Assembly: GCA_050287085.1 (NCBI GenBank)
Contig: JBNKBE010000011.1
Location: 138,240 to 202,239, forward strand
Length of the DNA stretch: 64,000 nucleotides
Reading direction: 5' to 3'
DNA from: Polyangiaceae bacterium
GTDB taxonomy: Bacteria > Myxococcota_A > Polyangia > Polyangiales > Polyangiaceae
Shown here: positions 39,473 through 50,102 of the stretch, in pieces
Layout of the letters: each line of letters begins with the position of its first letter
Numbering within the stretch: the stretch's first letter is position 1
Notes under the pieces: generated by a model
What the model was told of the DNA's origin: nothing
Database searches by the model: none
What the model saw: only the letters and a program-made list of their open reading frames with translations
Made by a program: the position numbers and the translations under genes

Positions 39473-39927
39473 CGTGCGCCAACCCTCCCCCCCAGCTGGT
39501 TCCTCTTCTGAAACGTACCGATGTTGATAGTGGGCAGCGGAGGTAGCACGAGCCCGCCGGCGCCTGTCACCATCGCCACGTGAGCGCGAAAGTACGGGTA
39601 TACAGCCATGCGGCCGACGTCTGTCAGAAAAGCGATAGCAGCACCGTCGTCTTCGTCGACCCGGCTGTAGTGCACAAGGTAGCGAGCCTTTACGACGAAC
39701 ATGGCCTCGCGAGCCTCGTTGTCCCTGATTCCGCGAAAGAGCCATTCGCAAACGCCGACGACGGCGCCCTCGTTTGCCCGATGCTCCTGTTCGACCCAGT
39801 TGGTACCAATCTCCAACGACAGCGGCTCCCCTTGGGCATGCTCGGGCTTCAGGTCGAACTCCGAGTACACCAGCTTGAGCGCTTCGAGGCGCGCCTTCGC
39901 CGCGATGGACGCGTACGCTTCGCTCAA
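39433..39927 (-). CDS. SecB-like chaperone (TAC chaperone)
   Basis: F.VKARYLVHY strand, AVYPYFRAHV..VT...GL.LPPLPTIN SecB-type C-terminal signature; 4-nt overlap with antitoxin. Confidence 0.85.
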   Translation of the reverse strand: MSEAYASIAAKARLEALKLVYSEFDLKPEHAQGEPLSLEIGTNWVEQEHRANEGAVVGVCEWLFRGIRDNEAREAMFVVKARYLVHYSRVDEDDGAAIAFLTDVGRMAVYPYFRAHVAMVTGAGGLVLPPLPTINIGTFQKRNQLGGRVGARQEQPAKESDAGA

Positions 39928-40478
39928 GCTGCCCTCACATCGTTCGCGGGGTCAAAGTCGAACTCGTATTCTGGCGCGGGTGACCAGACATGAACAGGCT
40001 CATGCCAGACAATGTCCTCTTCGGCATGAGCCGCCACCCTAACGCTCGCGGTGTCGTGCGCGCTCTCGCGCTGCAAGCGACGGTGCACCTCGGTAGGATA
40101 GATAGCAAAGGCTTCCAAGAGCCCTATGAGCGGCTCACTTGCTTCCTTCCGCCCCTTGAGCAGATGTGACAAGTACGTGGGAGTAACACCACACGCACGC
40201 TCGACGTCACGATTGGATACTCCGGCTTTCTCGTGAATGGTCTCCACCAAGAAGGTCAGGTGCGTTCGTTGGTCCGCCAGGTACGTTGGTCTGAGCACTG
40301 CCTTCGCTGCCTCGCGCAGAGACTCATCGAAGAACATCGCACCGCAGACGCTGCACGTTGGCACCTCAAAGCCCGTCGGCAGTTCGTACTTGCTACCACG
40401 GCGATAGGTGAACATGCGACCCTCGCCGGAGCGGGGCTCGATTCGTCCCTCTAGGCATTCGGTACAGATTTCACTCAT
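39924..40478 (-). CDS. MqsA-like antitoxin (Zn ribbon + HTH) with C-terminal chaperone-addiction-like extension
   Basis: CTEC...CSVCG..FF; HTH VSNRDVERACGVTPTYLSHLLKG; ~45-aa aromatic/acidic tail. Confidence 0.85.
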   Translation of the reverse strand: MSEICTECLEGRIEPRSGEGRMFTYRRGSKYELPTGFEVPTCSVCGAMFFDESLREAAKAVLRPTYLADQRTHLTFLVETIHEKAGVSNRDVERACGVTPTYLSHLLKGRKEASEPLIGLLEAFAIYPTEVHRRLQRESAHDTASVRVAAHAEEDIVWHEPVHVWSPAPEYEFDFDPANDVRAA

Positions 40479-40887
40479 CGTCTTCCTCTTCGTAGTCCAG
40501 GACGGTGGTCCTCAGGACGGTTTGGTCTGCAAGGCGTATCTCTCGGGTTGGATGAAAGGACAAGAACCACTTCTTGCTACTGAGGCCTTCGCCCAGACGG
40601 ACGCCGAGCTTGATGTACCAGGCGTATTCTTCCTCTGAGCGGCCACCAAAAGCGTCGCGCATGATTCCGTAGACGTCGGCGCACGGCTCGTATTCGGCTC
40701 CAGGTTGGGGCCAGTTGCCGCAGAAGTCAGAAGGGTCTAGCTGGCGACATATCTTCTTCACGACCTGCATGTACTCGTCCCCCAAGAGTCCAATAAGTCG
40801 CTCCACCCGGGCCTCGCTGATGCGAAGCTCGACTGCGCCGCTTGCTATACCGGCCTTCAATGCGGCCAAATCGTGGAGCGGCTTCAA
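40471..40887 (-). CDS. MqsR-like (RelE-fold) mRNA interferase toxin
   Basis: P.HDL..LK, L.PSDF, DVY, WYIKL, LSFH follow the MqsR pattern; 8-nt overlap with antitoxin. Confidence 0.82.
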   Translation of the reverse strand: MKPLHDLAALKAGIASGAVELRISEARVERLIGLLGDEYMQVVKKICRQLDPSDFCGNWPQPGAEYEPCADVYGIMRDAFGGRSEEEYAWYIKLGVRLGEGLSSKKWFLSFHPTREIRLADQTVLRTTVLDYEEEDDE

Positions 40888-40904
40888 CCTGGCCTGTGCC
40901 CTTC

Positions 40905-40932
40905 ACTATAGGGTGCATTGTACTCAGTACAA
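40905..40932 (-). promoter_or_regulatory. Sigma70 promoter of the TAC operon with overlapping palindromic operator
   Basis: TTGTAC-16 bp-TATAGT; palindrome TTGTACT-G-AGTACAA (40918-40932) covers the -35. Confidence 0.7.
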
Positions 40933-41092
40933 CCCATGACGACCGATTTGTCCAAAACGTTGAGGCTGCCCGCACCAATTCGGCCCGAAAGCCCCGCCCT
41001 GAAACGGTGCCCCCTGAACCCCAATTCAGCCTATTTGGCGCCGAATCTTGAGCGCCTGTCCAGTCTTTTGTGAGTTGAATCCGCTTAACCTG

Positions 41093-43260
41093 TCACGCCA
41101 CCGCGTACTTGCTCTGCCCGTCGCCCCAGTAGCTCTCGTAGACGTGTTCGAAGACCTGACCGCACTTCTTGTCGTACAGGTCGTCGCTGTAGGCGTCGGG
41201 GAGCGCGTCGAGCATGTCTTGGATGCACGCGCGGACTCCGGCTTTGCGGCGCGCTTTTTTGCGCCAGTCGATGACTAGCTTGTCCGCCTTGAGCTTGCTC
41301 AGTAGCTCCTTGGACAGATCTTTCACCAGCTGCCGGTCCTTCTTGGTCAACTCGACGCTCGGCTTGGTGAGCAGGTCGAAGACCGCGAGCTCTTCCACGC
41401 TGAGCCCCTCCTTGACGTGGCGCAGCTCTTCTTGGTTGAGCGACGCGATGAACTCCTTCAGCTGCTCGAAGGACTCTTGGACGTTTTGGGAGCCGGAATT
41501 GTACTCCTCAATGAGCGCCTGCAGCTTCTCGTAGAGGTCTTTGCGCGTCGGGTTCTGACGAACAAGCTCGTCTACCTTGCTGGTCGCGGCTTGCTGCAGT
41601 GAGTTCAGTGTGGCCCGCTGGCTCTTGGACTTGTCGAAGAACGCCTTGAGCGCGTCGAAGTCGATTTGGCTCAGGTCGACGCGACGGCTCACCGGCGGCA
41701 CCGAATCGGAGATGCGCATCGTCGTGGGCTCGGGGATGACATATCCGTGGGCGTCGATGGACTCGTCAAGCAAGTGCTCTACTTGCTGCATGACCTGGCT
41801 GATGTCTGGGGGCGGTATGTTCGCTTTGATGGCCTGGGCTACGAGCTTGATGACATCGCGGTCCTTCGCAAAAGGGTCGACACGCTCATCCAAGCCGATG
41901 GCTTTGAACAGGCGCTCGATACGTCCGGCCATGGCGAGGTACTTGCGCCGTGTCTCATCCGGGAAGATAAGTGCCTCCCGCGCTTCCTTCAGTCGAGCGA
42001 GCCGTTCGAGCACCGAGCCGTCATGAACGGTGTCGAGCTCGGTGCCATTGTCCTTGGCGAACGCTTTCTTGTCGCGGATGAGCTGCTCGAGTTCTGCTAC
42101 TTGCTCATCCTTGGGCTTGACCGGTGTGTCGCTCGCGCTCGTGCCTCCAGCGCCGCCGTAGATGGCGAGTGCCTTTTGCAGATTTCGGAAGACGCCGACA
42201 TAGTCGACGATGAGTCCGCTCGGCTTGTCCGGGTAAACGCGATTTGCGCGGGCGATGGTCTGCATCAGCGTGTGGTTGCGCATCGGCTTGTCGAGGTAGA
42301 TGGTTGAGCAACTCGGCACGTCGAATCCCGTGAGCCACATGGCGCAAACGAACACGATACGGAGCGGGCCCTCGTCGTCTTTGAACTGGACGTCGATGCT
42401 CCCTTTCTTCATCCGCTTGCGATGCGGGGCGATGTCCAGGCCCTTCTCCTTGAAATCCGCCACCTCGTTTTGCGACTCGGAGACGACAACAGCCATGTCG
42501 GTCTCGCGCATGAACTCAAGCTCGCGCTCGCGAGCCTGGCGCACCTGAGCGGGCGCGACCTTGAGCGCAGCCAACTCCGCTTCCAGCTTGGCCAGCTTCG
42601 CCTTCCAGGCGGCTTGCACCTTGTCGAACATGCGGACAGCGGTCACCTTGTCGATGGCGATGACCATGGCCTTGCCGCGACTGTCGCAGTCGCCGAGCCC
42701 CATGTAGTGCTCGACGAGGTCCGCTGCGACGGTGTCGAGGCGCTCATCGCGCGTGATGAGGTGGTACTGGCGCCCGAACTCGCGCTCGACCGCCTCTGTC
42801 TGGTCTTCGTCCAGGTCGGCCTTCTCAACGATGTCCGCCAGCTGCTCCGAAAGCTCTTCGTTGCTGAGCTGGAGTTCTGGAATACGGTTCTCGTAGTAGA
42901 GGGGGACGGTGGCGTTGTCCTCGATGGCTTGGCGGAAATTGTAGATGGAAACGTAGTCACCGAACGTTTCGCGGGTCTGCTCTTCACCGGCCATGAGGGG
43001 CGTCCCGGTGAAACCGATGAACGCCGCGTTGGGGAGCGCGTGGCGCAGATTGCGGGCGAAGGTGTCGTACTGGGAGCGATGGGCTTCGTCCGCAATGACG
43101 ATGATGTTGCTGCGCTCAGAAAGCGTTGGGTAGCGTTCGCCCTTCCGCTTCGCCTCTTTGTCGACCTGGAACTTCTGGATGAGCGTGAAGACGTAGCGAT
43201 GATTCTCGGTGAGCAGCTTCTTGAGGTGGGCGCCGCTCGTGGCCTGGACCCCGACATGAC
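41093..43260 (-). pseudogene. hsdR: Type I restriction enzyme R subunit, 5'-truncated (helicase and C-terminal parts only)
   Basis: TLIQKF, DEAHRSQY, FTGTP, QAIED.ATVP, MWLTGFD.P, H.LMQTIARANR; nuclease domain and Walker A absent. Confidence 0.9.
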
Positions 43261-43302
43261 TGGAGCTTGAATCCGGGGCGAACGACCTGGCCAAGAGGTG
43301 GC

Positions 43303-43721
43303 CGACTCAACGTTCACTTCCACATCATCCAGATCGACGGCGTTTACCTCCCCGAAGACGCAGCGACCGACGCTGGCCCGCTCAGCTTCTACCCCCTGCC
43401 AACTCCGAGCCGAACCGAGACGACCCGGGTCGCTGCTCGCATAGCCGATCGCGTGGACGCGATACTGAAGAAGCACGGCCGTAGTCTCGACCCCGACGAG
43501 GCCGACTCCGACCCCACCGAGCTTCAGCTCGACCATCCCGCTCTGGCTGCCTGCTACAGCGCGGCGGCCTTGGGTGTCGAGGTCAGCGGAGCAAGGGCGG
43601 GGCAGCCAGGACAGAGTCCGCTGCGAGGAGGCTGATGACCAAGCTGGGACTCGCCCCACACCCGCCGCCCACGCGACCCGCACCGCCGCTCGGTCAACTG
43701 AGCTTGCCGTTCGGCAAGTGA
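43303..43721 (+). mobile_element. IS91-family (HUH/Y2) transposase remnant, internally deleted
   Basis: RLNVHFHI..IDGVY; shares DRVDAIL.KHGRSLD and GQL.LPF with the copy at 45629-46645. Confidence 0.8.
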
Positions 43722-44128
43722 ACGGAGCTCAGTTCGAGGCCAACTCTCACCCTCGGACTCACCGAGGCCGCCCACTGCTCCATCCTCCGCACGGCTGCTG
43801 TAAGCCCGGGCAGGGTTCGTTGCGCAGAAGCCACGAGCCTCAGGCCATCGAGCAAGGTCCCCAGAACCCACCACGCACGCGGCCCGCGGTCCGAGACTTC
43901 CGTTTCCTGCCGTTTTCGTAGGTCGTTTGTCTTTGGCGCCGCCGGAACGAATCACGGAGTCACGCCCACAGATTCTCCGGAAGAGCCATAAATCCTAGAA
44001 TGTGCGCCAACTGGTTCGAGCAGCGGCTATGCGCTATGACGCGAGCTGATCCAACCTATTGCAAGGCGCTGTAATAGCGCCGACGGCCATGGACCAAGAC
44101 AAAGTGCAACAAGGAGGGAGATCTAGAG

Positions 44129-44866
44129 ATGGTACGTGAGATGATTGTGGCGTGTGGCAAGCTAGCGAGCTGTGTGATTTTTCTCGCGGTAGGCTGCGGT
44201 GGTGAACACCAAGCAGATTCGCCAACGTCGGGAGCGGCAGACGTGGCGGCTACCACAGAGTCAGGTGGCATGGGGACGGGTGATGAACAGTCACTCCAGG
44301 GCGCAGCGGAAACCGGCACAAAGGAAGTCGACGAGCGTAATTTTTACGCATTATTGCGAGAGACGCATATCACCTTTCCAGTTGCAGCGAATTATGTCGA
44401 ACAGACTGAGCGCAGCGAGTTGGTCGTGCGGGGAACGTTTGGCGCGATCGAGGGCAGCAGTATCTCTGCCTTTACTGGCGCCGGACGACAACTGAACGTC
44501 ATGGTCTTGGAGGTCGTGGTCAGCGAAACATTGAAGGGCGATCCGACAGAAAGCGCATACTTTGGCTACATCGTCTCTGGAGAGGTTTCGCTCGAAATGA
44601 TGCGGGAGCGCAAACCGGGAGACGAGCTCATCGTCTTTCTGAATGACGTCACTGACCTCGGTGTTTTCCCGGGCGTTGAGGGGCGTCCCGAAGGGACGCG
44701 ACTATATGAGATGGCAACGCCTCAAGGCCTTGTAGTCCGAGCAGAGAACGGAAGCGCCCTCCAGCCCTTGCTAGACGATCATCCTGACGCGATCATCAGC
44801 GAGCCATCGTCCTTTGGGGAGGTGGTGCTTGCCGTAAAGGCCGCAACTGAGGAACAGCCTCCATGA
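44129..44866 (+). CDS. Hypothetical lipoprotein
   Basis: Lipobox LAVGC; AGGAGG RBS; SELVVRG..V.ETLKG..LIVFL beta-domain pattern. Confidence 0.7.
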   Translation: MVREMIVACGKLASCVIFLAVGCGGEHQADSPTSGAADVAATTESGGMGTGDEQSLQGAAETGTKEVDERNFYALLRETHITFPVAANYVEQTERSELVVRGTFGAIEGSSISAFTGAGRQLNVMVLEVVVSETLKGDPTESAYFGYIVSGEVSLEMMRERKPGDELIVFLNDVTDLGVFPGVEGRPEGTRLYEMATPQGLVVRAENGSALQPLLDDHPDAIISEPSSFGEVVLAVKAATEEQPP

Positions 44867-45142
44867 GCCGAGCGGCGGCGAGGTAACCCGCGCTCGCCGG
44901 CCAGTCGGCTTGGTGGCGTAGATCGTCCGTCACGCCGAGCGCGTCGTGCGCAACGAGGATGTTCGAACGGTGTTTTTGTGTACGAAGTCGCCGAGGCCCG
45001 TCCTGCAAAGCCGCGATGGCAGCCGCGACCGAGCCGATGAGCGGGAGCTTCATTCGCTCAAAGCGATCGGCTGATCGGTGGAATGCGAATAACGAAAGAA
45101 AGCATGAATCAGAAGCGGCGCTGATGGCACTTCATCATTGAA

Positions 45143-45424
45143 GTGTCGAGCACGCAGCCTTCGATTCAGACGACTCCCGACGAACTCCGCACCTGGCTCG
45201 AGGAGTTGGTGCGGCAGCTGCAGTTTGCGCGACTGATAGCGGCGGTGATCGCGCTGGTGACGCGCCTGCGGGACCTGAACACGGAGCTGACGAAGCAGCT
45301 TGCAAATCTGCCGCGCTCCGAACGCCTTCGGGTATTGGAGGCCCAGTTGCAGTTGCCATGGTTGAACGCGAACTCCGATCAGGGGCATAGGCAGAATGAA
45401 CTGTCAAAACCGGCAAGCTGGTGA
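45143..45424 (+). mobile_element. IS66-family transposase N-terminal fragment
   Basis: Coiled coil followed by PRSERL...QLQL typical of the IS66 TnpC N-terminus; abruptly truncated. Confidence 0.55.
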
Positions 45425-45628
45425 GCACCTGTGCAGGGGAAAGGGGGTGGCAAGGGCGACTCGGACCCATCACTCCGCAGTTCGGCCGTCACGATCAGCT
45501 CGAGGTCAGGCCTCCCGCAGCCCCCACGAACTCTCGTGAGGCACATTGCGCCCCCGAAGCACACAGCGGATGGAGCCGTGCCCCACGCCGAACACACCGA
45601 CGTCGCGAGTTGGCCGCAGAAGTCGCTT

Positions 45629-46645
45629 TCAATTGTCGAACGGCAACCCCAACTGACCAAGCGGAGCTTGGTGTGGCCGCGGGGGCGGTTGCGGAGCATA
45701 GCCGAGCTGCACCATCAGTCGGTGGGCGGCCGCTTCAGTCTTCGCAACCTCGACCCAACGCATACAGCCGCCGCACTTCACACAAATCTCAACGTCAGCG
45801 CGAAACACATGCGCGAGCATCCACGCCCAGCGATACCTGTTTGTGTTAGATGAACATCCATCTTCTTCCCCCAGAAGCTCCAGCTGGTCGCCTGCCGCTG
45901 GAGCTGGCCGATGACATGTGGTATCCTCCGGCGGCTCAGGCACGACGCGAGACCGGTGAGAGGAATGGCTCGAGAGGACGCCAAAATACCTGACCATGTG
46001 GAAGCGCGGAGGCGCCACTGCAGCGCAAAGACGCACCAGCAAATCTTCCGGCTGCAGCACGAGGCCGACGCTGCCGTCCTTCCACTGCTTCTTGAAGCCC
46101 AAGAAGAGCGTATCGTCATCACGGCGGGTGAGCCGCTCCTGTGCGATTGGAGGGCGCGTGATGTACCTCGCCAGCCGCTCTATTTGTTTTCTGTCGATAC
46201 CATCGACCCATTGCTTGCCGTACAGATTGACCCCACGAACCTCTGCGACAGGCTCGTCGGGCAAGGGTTGACGCTCCGGCTTCTGCTCGACATCAGTGAG
46301 CATGAGCCGAAGCTGCGGCTGCCCTGCCCTGTCGCCACTGATGCCAACTCCGAGTGTGGCGGCGTCGTAGCAGACAGCCAGAGCAGGATGCTCCAATTGC
46401 ACTTGGGTTGGCTCCGCGTCGGCTTCATCGCGATCGAGACTACGCCCGTGCTTTTCGAGGATCGCATCGACACGGTCAGCGATGCGGCGAGCGATGTCTT
46501 CTGTTTCTCCACGCGTGGGTGGCGGCAGAGCGTGAAACGTGAGCTCGCCGTGATGGTCATCCGGGTACTGCCGAACGTAAACACCGTCCAAGCTCAAAAT
46601 ATGGAAGTGTGTGTTGAGTCTGATCGCGGAGTCGACTCGCTGGGA
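45629..46645 (-). mobile_element. IS91-family transposase, C-terminal half (5' end replaced by IS110 DNA)
   Basis: QRVDS..RLNTHFH.L.LDGVY, ERLARYITRPP, RFHMVRYFGVL, C.KCGG.M. Confidence 0.9.
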
Positions 46646-47580
46646 GATCCCAAAAACCAGGGTCTCCCATCCTTCCATGCGTGCTCGACACAATCGAGGC
46701 GTGTCGGCACATGTTGTCGTACGAGAAGAGGAACCGGCCAATCTTGCCAACGGCTTCGCCGCGCACGACGAGCCAAGGACAATTGCGACCTGGTTCCCTT
46801 CAACCTTGGAAGTTGCGGCCTCCGGTAGAGACGGCTCTGAGGCGCCTACGCAGCCTCTGAAGCTGGACGCAAACGGTCGGGCTCGTAGACTGAGCCGTCG
46901 CGCAGCACGTAGTACGCGATCCGCAGGATGTGGCGGGCCGCTGCTACGACAGCGATCTTGCGCCGTGCGCGGCTCGTGTGGACGCGCTCGGCGAGCGCTT
47001 TGAGCGGCTGTGCCTCTTTGGTCTGGCAGCGAGATAGCAGGACGTGGCCGCACTGCACCAAGCAACGGCGCAGCTGGCCGGTTCCCTCCTTCGTGATGCG
47101 ACCAGAAAGCAACACATCGCCGCTCTGATGCGTTGATGGGACAAGCCCCGCGTAGGAGGTTAGCAGCCGGGCGTTTCTGAAGCGCGAGATGTCTCCCACC
47201 CAGGCGTAGATCATGATTGCGGTCAAGTTGCCGATACCGGGGATGGTCTTCAGGCGCTCGATCGCATCGATCGGCTTGCCAACTTCGAATAGACGTTTCT
47301 CCACGTCGCGCAGTTCCTTTTCGGCGCTCTGTTCCATTCGGATACAGAGCTCCAGTGCTTGCGCCAGATACTCGTCGAGGCCATCGGGATTCGACACTGC
47401 GGTCTCGAGCAGCCGCGTCACCGAACGCGTGATTTGGGTCTTGTAGCCCGCGCCTTAAAGGTGGGCTCTGGCTGTTGCCAACCAGCGCCGTCGTTCCACT
47501 AACAGAGCCTGCCGCTGTGACAGCAAACTTCGCAATAGCCGAACGGTTCCCGTCGGAATGTAGACTGGATGCGGAGTTGG
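46646..47580 (-). mobile_element. IS110-family element remnant: transposase pseudogene (46846-~47580, in-frame TAA at 47455-47457) plus ~200-nt 3' non-coding end
   Basis: L.TIPGIG.LTA, GDISRF, SYAGLVP...QSG, ITKEG...LR, A.VA.AR; DEDD N-terminus missing. Confidence 0.88.
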
Positions 47581-48273
47581 CCACGGCCACGGGCCGTTCC
47601 CGCCACAGCGTCGGGCGCTGGCTGTCGGGACGCACGCAACCGCGGTTCCACGAGTTCCTGCAGCTGATCGAAGCGACAACTGGACGTGTCCACGATTGGG
47701 TGGCGGAACTGCTGCCAATCGAGTTGGTGCCCAGCTTGCTATCGGCTCATCGACAGGCGCAAGCTGCTCGCGACATCGCCTTCGAACACCCTTGGGCCGA
47801 GGCTGTGCTGAGAGTGCTGGAAACGGCTCACTACAGGCACGCGCCGGAAATCACCCACTCGACCATCGCGGCTTGGCTTGGGATCAAACAGGAGCAGCTC
47901 GAAGCCGCCTTGACCGGGCTGGAGGATGCAGGGATCCTCACCCGCAAGGATGGCAAGTACGAAGCCGTGAGAGAGCTGACGGTCGACAACGCGGGGAAGC
48001 GATCACTCGCTGACAACCTTGCGTCGTCACTGGCTGCAGGTGGCGTTGGACCGAGTCGAGGGTGAGCACGAGGACTGGTTTGCGTACAATGTCTTCACTT
48101 GCAGTCACGCGGATCTGAGGCGCATCCAGAGCGAGCTCCAGCGGATCTATCGCGACTCGCGTGCCGTCATCGCCAAGTCCGAGCCAACGGAAGTCGCTGC
48201 TCTGATGTTGATGCAACTCGTTCGCTGGTCGCCCCATGAGGCAGGCGAAAAAAGAAAAGGGCCCACGAGCTAG
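47570..48273 (+). pseudogene. HTH + DUF4423-like protein, 5'-truncated and frameshifted near 48010
   Basis: SRHSVGRWLSG..QPR..EFL; LTVD; second frame LRRHW..FAYNVF..S.ADL.RI. Confidence 0.7.
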
Positions 48274-48326
48274 CGTCGAGATACGTCGCTCGAGGGCCCT
48301 GTGACGAGTCTTCCGTCAGATACCCT

Positions 48327-49013
48327 CTAGAGGTACTGAGAGCAGAACTCGTCCTCGACGTTCACCACGCGATGAGTCAACAACGCGGGATCGTCCTGCT
48401 TGCCACCGTCATTGGCCCGAAGATCGGCTACGTCGGGGCTGTCTAGGACGCTGCAGGAGACTCCCAGATTCCCAGTGAACTGAATATCGATGGCTTTGCC
48501 ATCGACCAGGACATGGGCCGAACCAGAGAGGCGACCCATCTCGTGGCTCTCTATCACCAATGTTCCGGACTCGGCGAAGACTTCGGTTTCGCCGCGTCTC
48601 AAGCCGATACTGACGTCTCTGGATAGCTCATATTCACCCAGCAGCGAGAACCCTCTTGGCTGAACCCTGGGTAGCTGTAGAGTGAGGGTGACGCGATCGA
48701 CGTTGGAAGCGTCCGTCACCTGGATTGAGAGTTCGGCTGAGTCGGTTTCCCCTAGCTCCTCGCGTATCTCGAGTAAGGCGCTCCAGTTGGAAAGCTCGGC
48801 TCGAGCGCCGTCTTCTAGGACGACAGCGCCACCGCGAGACACCTTTGATTTTGCGCCGAGCTCTTCTGTGGGAGCAGCTGGCCCCGATCCGCTGGACGTG
48901 GAGGAACGCTCCTCGCCGACGGTAGAGGGGCGCTCACCCTGGGTAGCACCATTGCACGCGACGACGAGTGCAACGAACCCCGCCGCACTGAGTAGAGTAA
49001 TTCTCTTCATCAT
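48327..49013 (-). CDS. Hypothetical lipoprotein
   Basis: Lipobox LVVAC; last gene of a three-gene cassette. Confidence 0.72.
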   Translation of the reverse strand: MMKRITLLSAAGFVALVVACNGATQGERPSTVGEERSSTSSGSGPAAPTEELGAKSKVSRGGAVVLEDGARAELSNWSALLEIREELGETDSAELSIQVTDASNVDRVTLTLQLPRVQPRGFSLLGEYELSRDVSIGLRRGETEVFAESGTLVIESHEMGRLSGSAHVLVDGKAIDIQFTGNLGVSCSVLDSPDVADLRANDGGKQDDPALLTHRVVNVEDEFCSQYL

Positions 49014-49016
49014 TTT

Positions 49017-50102
49017 TCAGCACCCCGACGGGACGGTGACGCGTAGCCCCGTCTCTGTTGCATTGTTGAATTCATCGTCCTCAGTGAACTCGTCTCCGGG
49101 ATCGATGATAACGCCCACGTGATACGTTCCTGGGGACAGCGAGGGTACGGTGACGGTCCAGCTGGTGGTTCCAAAGTACCCGCTGTCCATCCACGACGTG
49201 CCAGTGGCAGCCAGCACATCGCCCGTGCTGATGTAGTCGTCGTTCGAGAACACGATGTGTACGTCGGCGTGATTGGACGACTCGATGTTCTTCTTGCCTA
49301 GGTTCGCAAGAGAGAACTTGACGCTGGTGGTCTGCCCGGGGCACTTCTGGCGGTTCGTTCCGTTGTAGTTCAGACTGATCCCGCTCGAGGTGAACTGCCA
49401 AGGGCTCACCGTCGGATCAACGTTTCCTGAGTTGCTGGTGCCGTGATAGCGGACAGCGAACAGTGTTTCATCACCCCAAATGGTTTCGGGATGACGACCC
49501 AAAGAACTGGTCGTTGCCCCACTCCGACGTCCAACTTTGCCACAAGTGTTGGACGTGCACATGACGGCCATGACGTCGTCTTCGTGGTCGGCGCCAAGTA
49601 CGTGCCCAAGCTCGTGGATCAGCGTCTCACGCGCCCCCAGACGCGTGTCGAGTTCCTCCAAGAACCCGAGGGGGAGTGTTTGGTCGATCACGACGCTGGC
49701 CCCGCTCAGGGCCCCATTGTTGGTGCAGTCCGTTGGCCCAAACTTCGACGCCACGCCGGCATTGCCGTCGAGCACCGCATCGCTTGCGGGGACGAGTCCG
49801 ATGTCCCAGACACCGTTTGAACCGGGGCCCACCGAACAGTTGCTGTCGCCACCGGTAGAAGAGAAGCGATCTGACATGCCGTATAGGTCATTCCAGTCGT
49901 GCATTGCCTCGTCGATGACTGTCTGTTCAGCGCTGCCAGCGGGTGTGTCGCAACGGTCGACTGCGAACGTGACGTTGCTGTGGAGTCCGCGGTATATCTC
50001 GCCGTTGCATTGGAGCGCCTCGTAGGCGGCGACCCTGCCTACGCCGAGCGCGACCACGAAAATCGCTGGGATAGCCCCCAGTACTGTCCTGCTATTCATC
50101 TG
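49017..50102 (-). CDS. Secreted matrixin-like metalloprotease with C-terminal CARDB/Ig-like domain
   Basis: HELGHVLGADH, Met-turn AVM, PG.YHVGVIIDP....E.DE.NN; AGGAGG RBS. Confidence 0.85.
   Translation of the reverse strand, partial: QMNSRTVLGAIPAIFVVALGVGRVAAYEALQCNGEIYRGLHSNVTFAVDRCDTPAGSAEQTVIDEAMHDWNDLYGMSDRFSSTGGDSNCSVGPGSNGVWDIGLVPASDAVLDGNAGVASKFGPTDCTNNGALSGASVVIDQTLPLGFLEELDTRLGARETLIHELGHVLGADHEDDVMAVMCTSNTCGKVGRRSGATTSSLGRHPETIWGDETLFAVRYHGTSNSGNVDPTVSPWQFTSSGISLNYNGTNRQKCPGQTTSVKFSLANLGKKNIESSNHADVHIVFSNDDYISTGDVLAATGTSWMDSGYFGTTSWTVTVPSLSPGTYHVGVIIDPGDEFTEDDEFNNATETGLRVTVPSGC

Noticed and set aside
44863..45110. Short minus-strand ORF between the lipoprotein and the IS66 fragment
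   Set aside because: No recognisable motif; likely debris
45629..47635. 668-aa ORF as one full-length transposase
   Set aside because: Only the C-terminal ~340 aa are IS91-like; the N-part is an off-frame read through IS110 DNA
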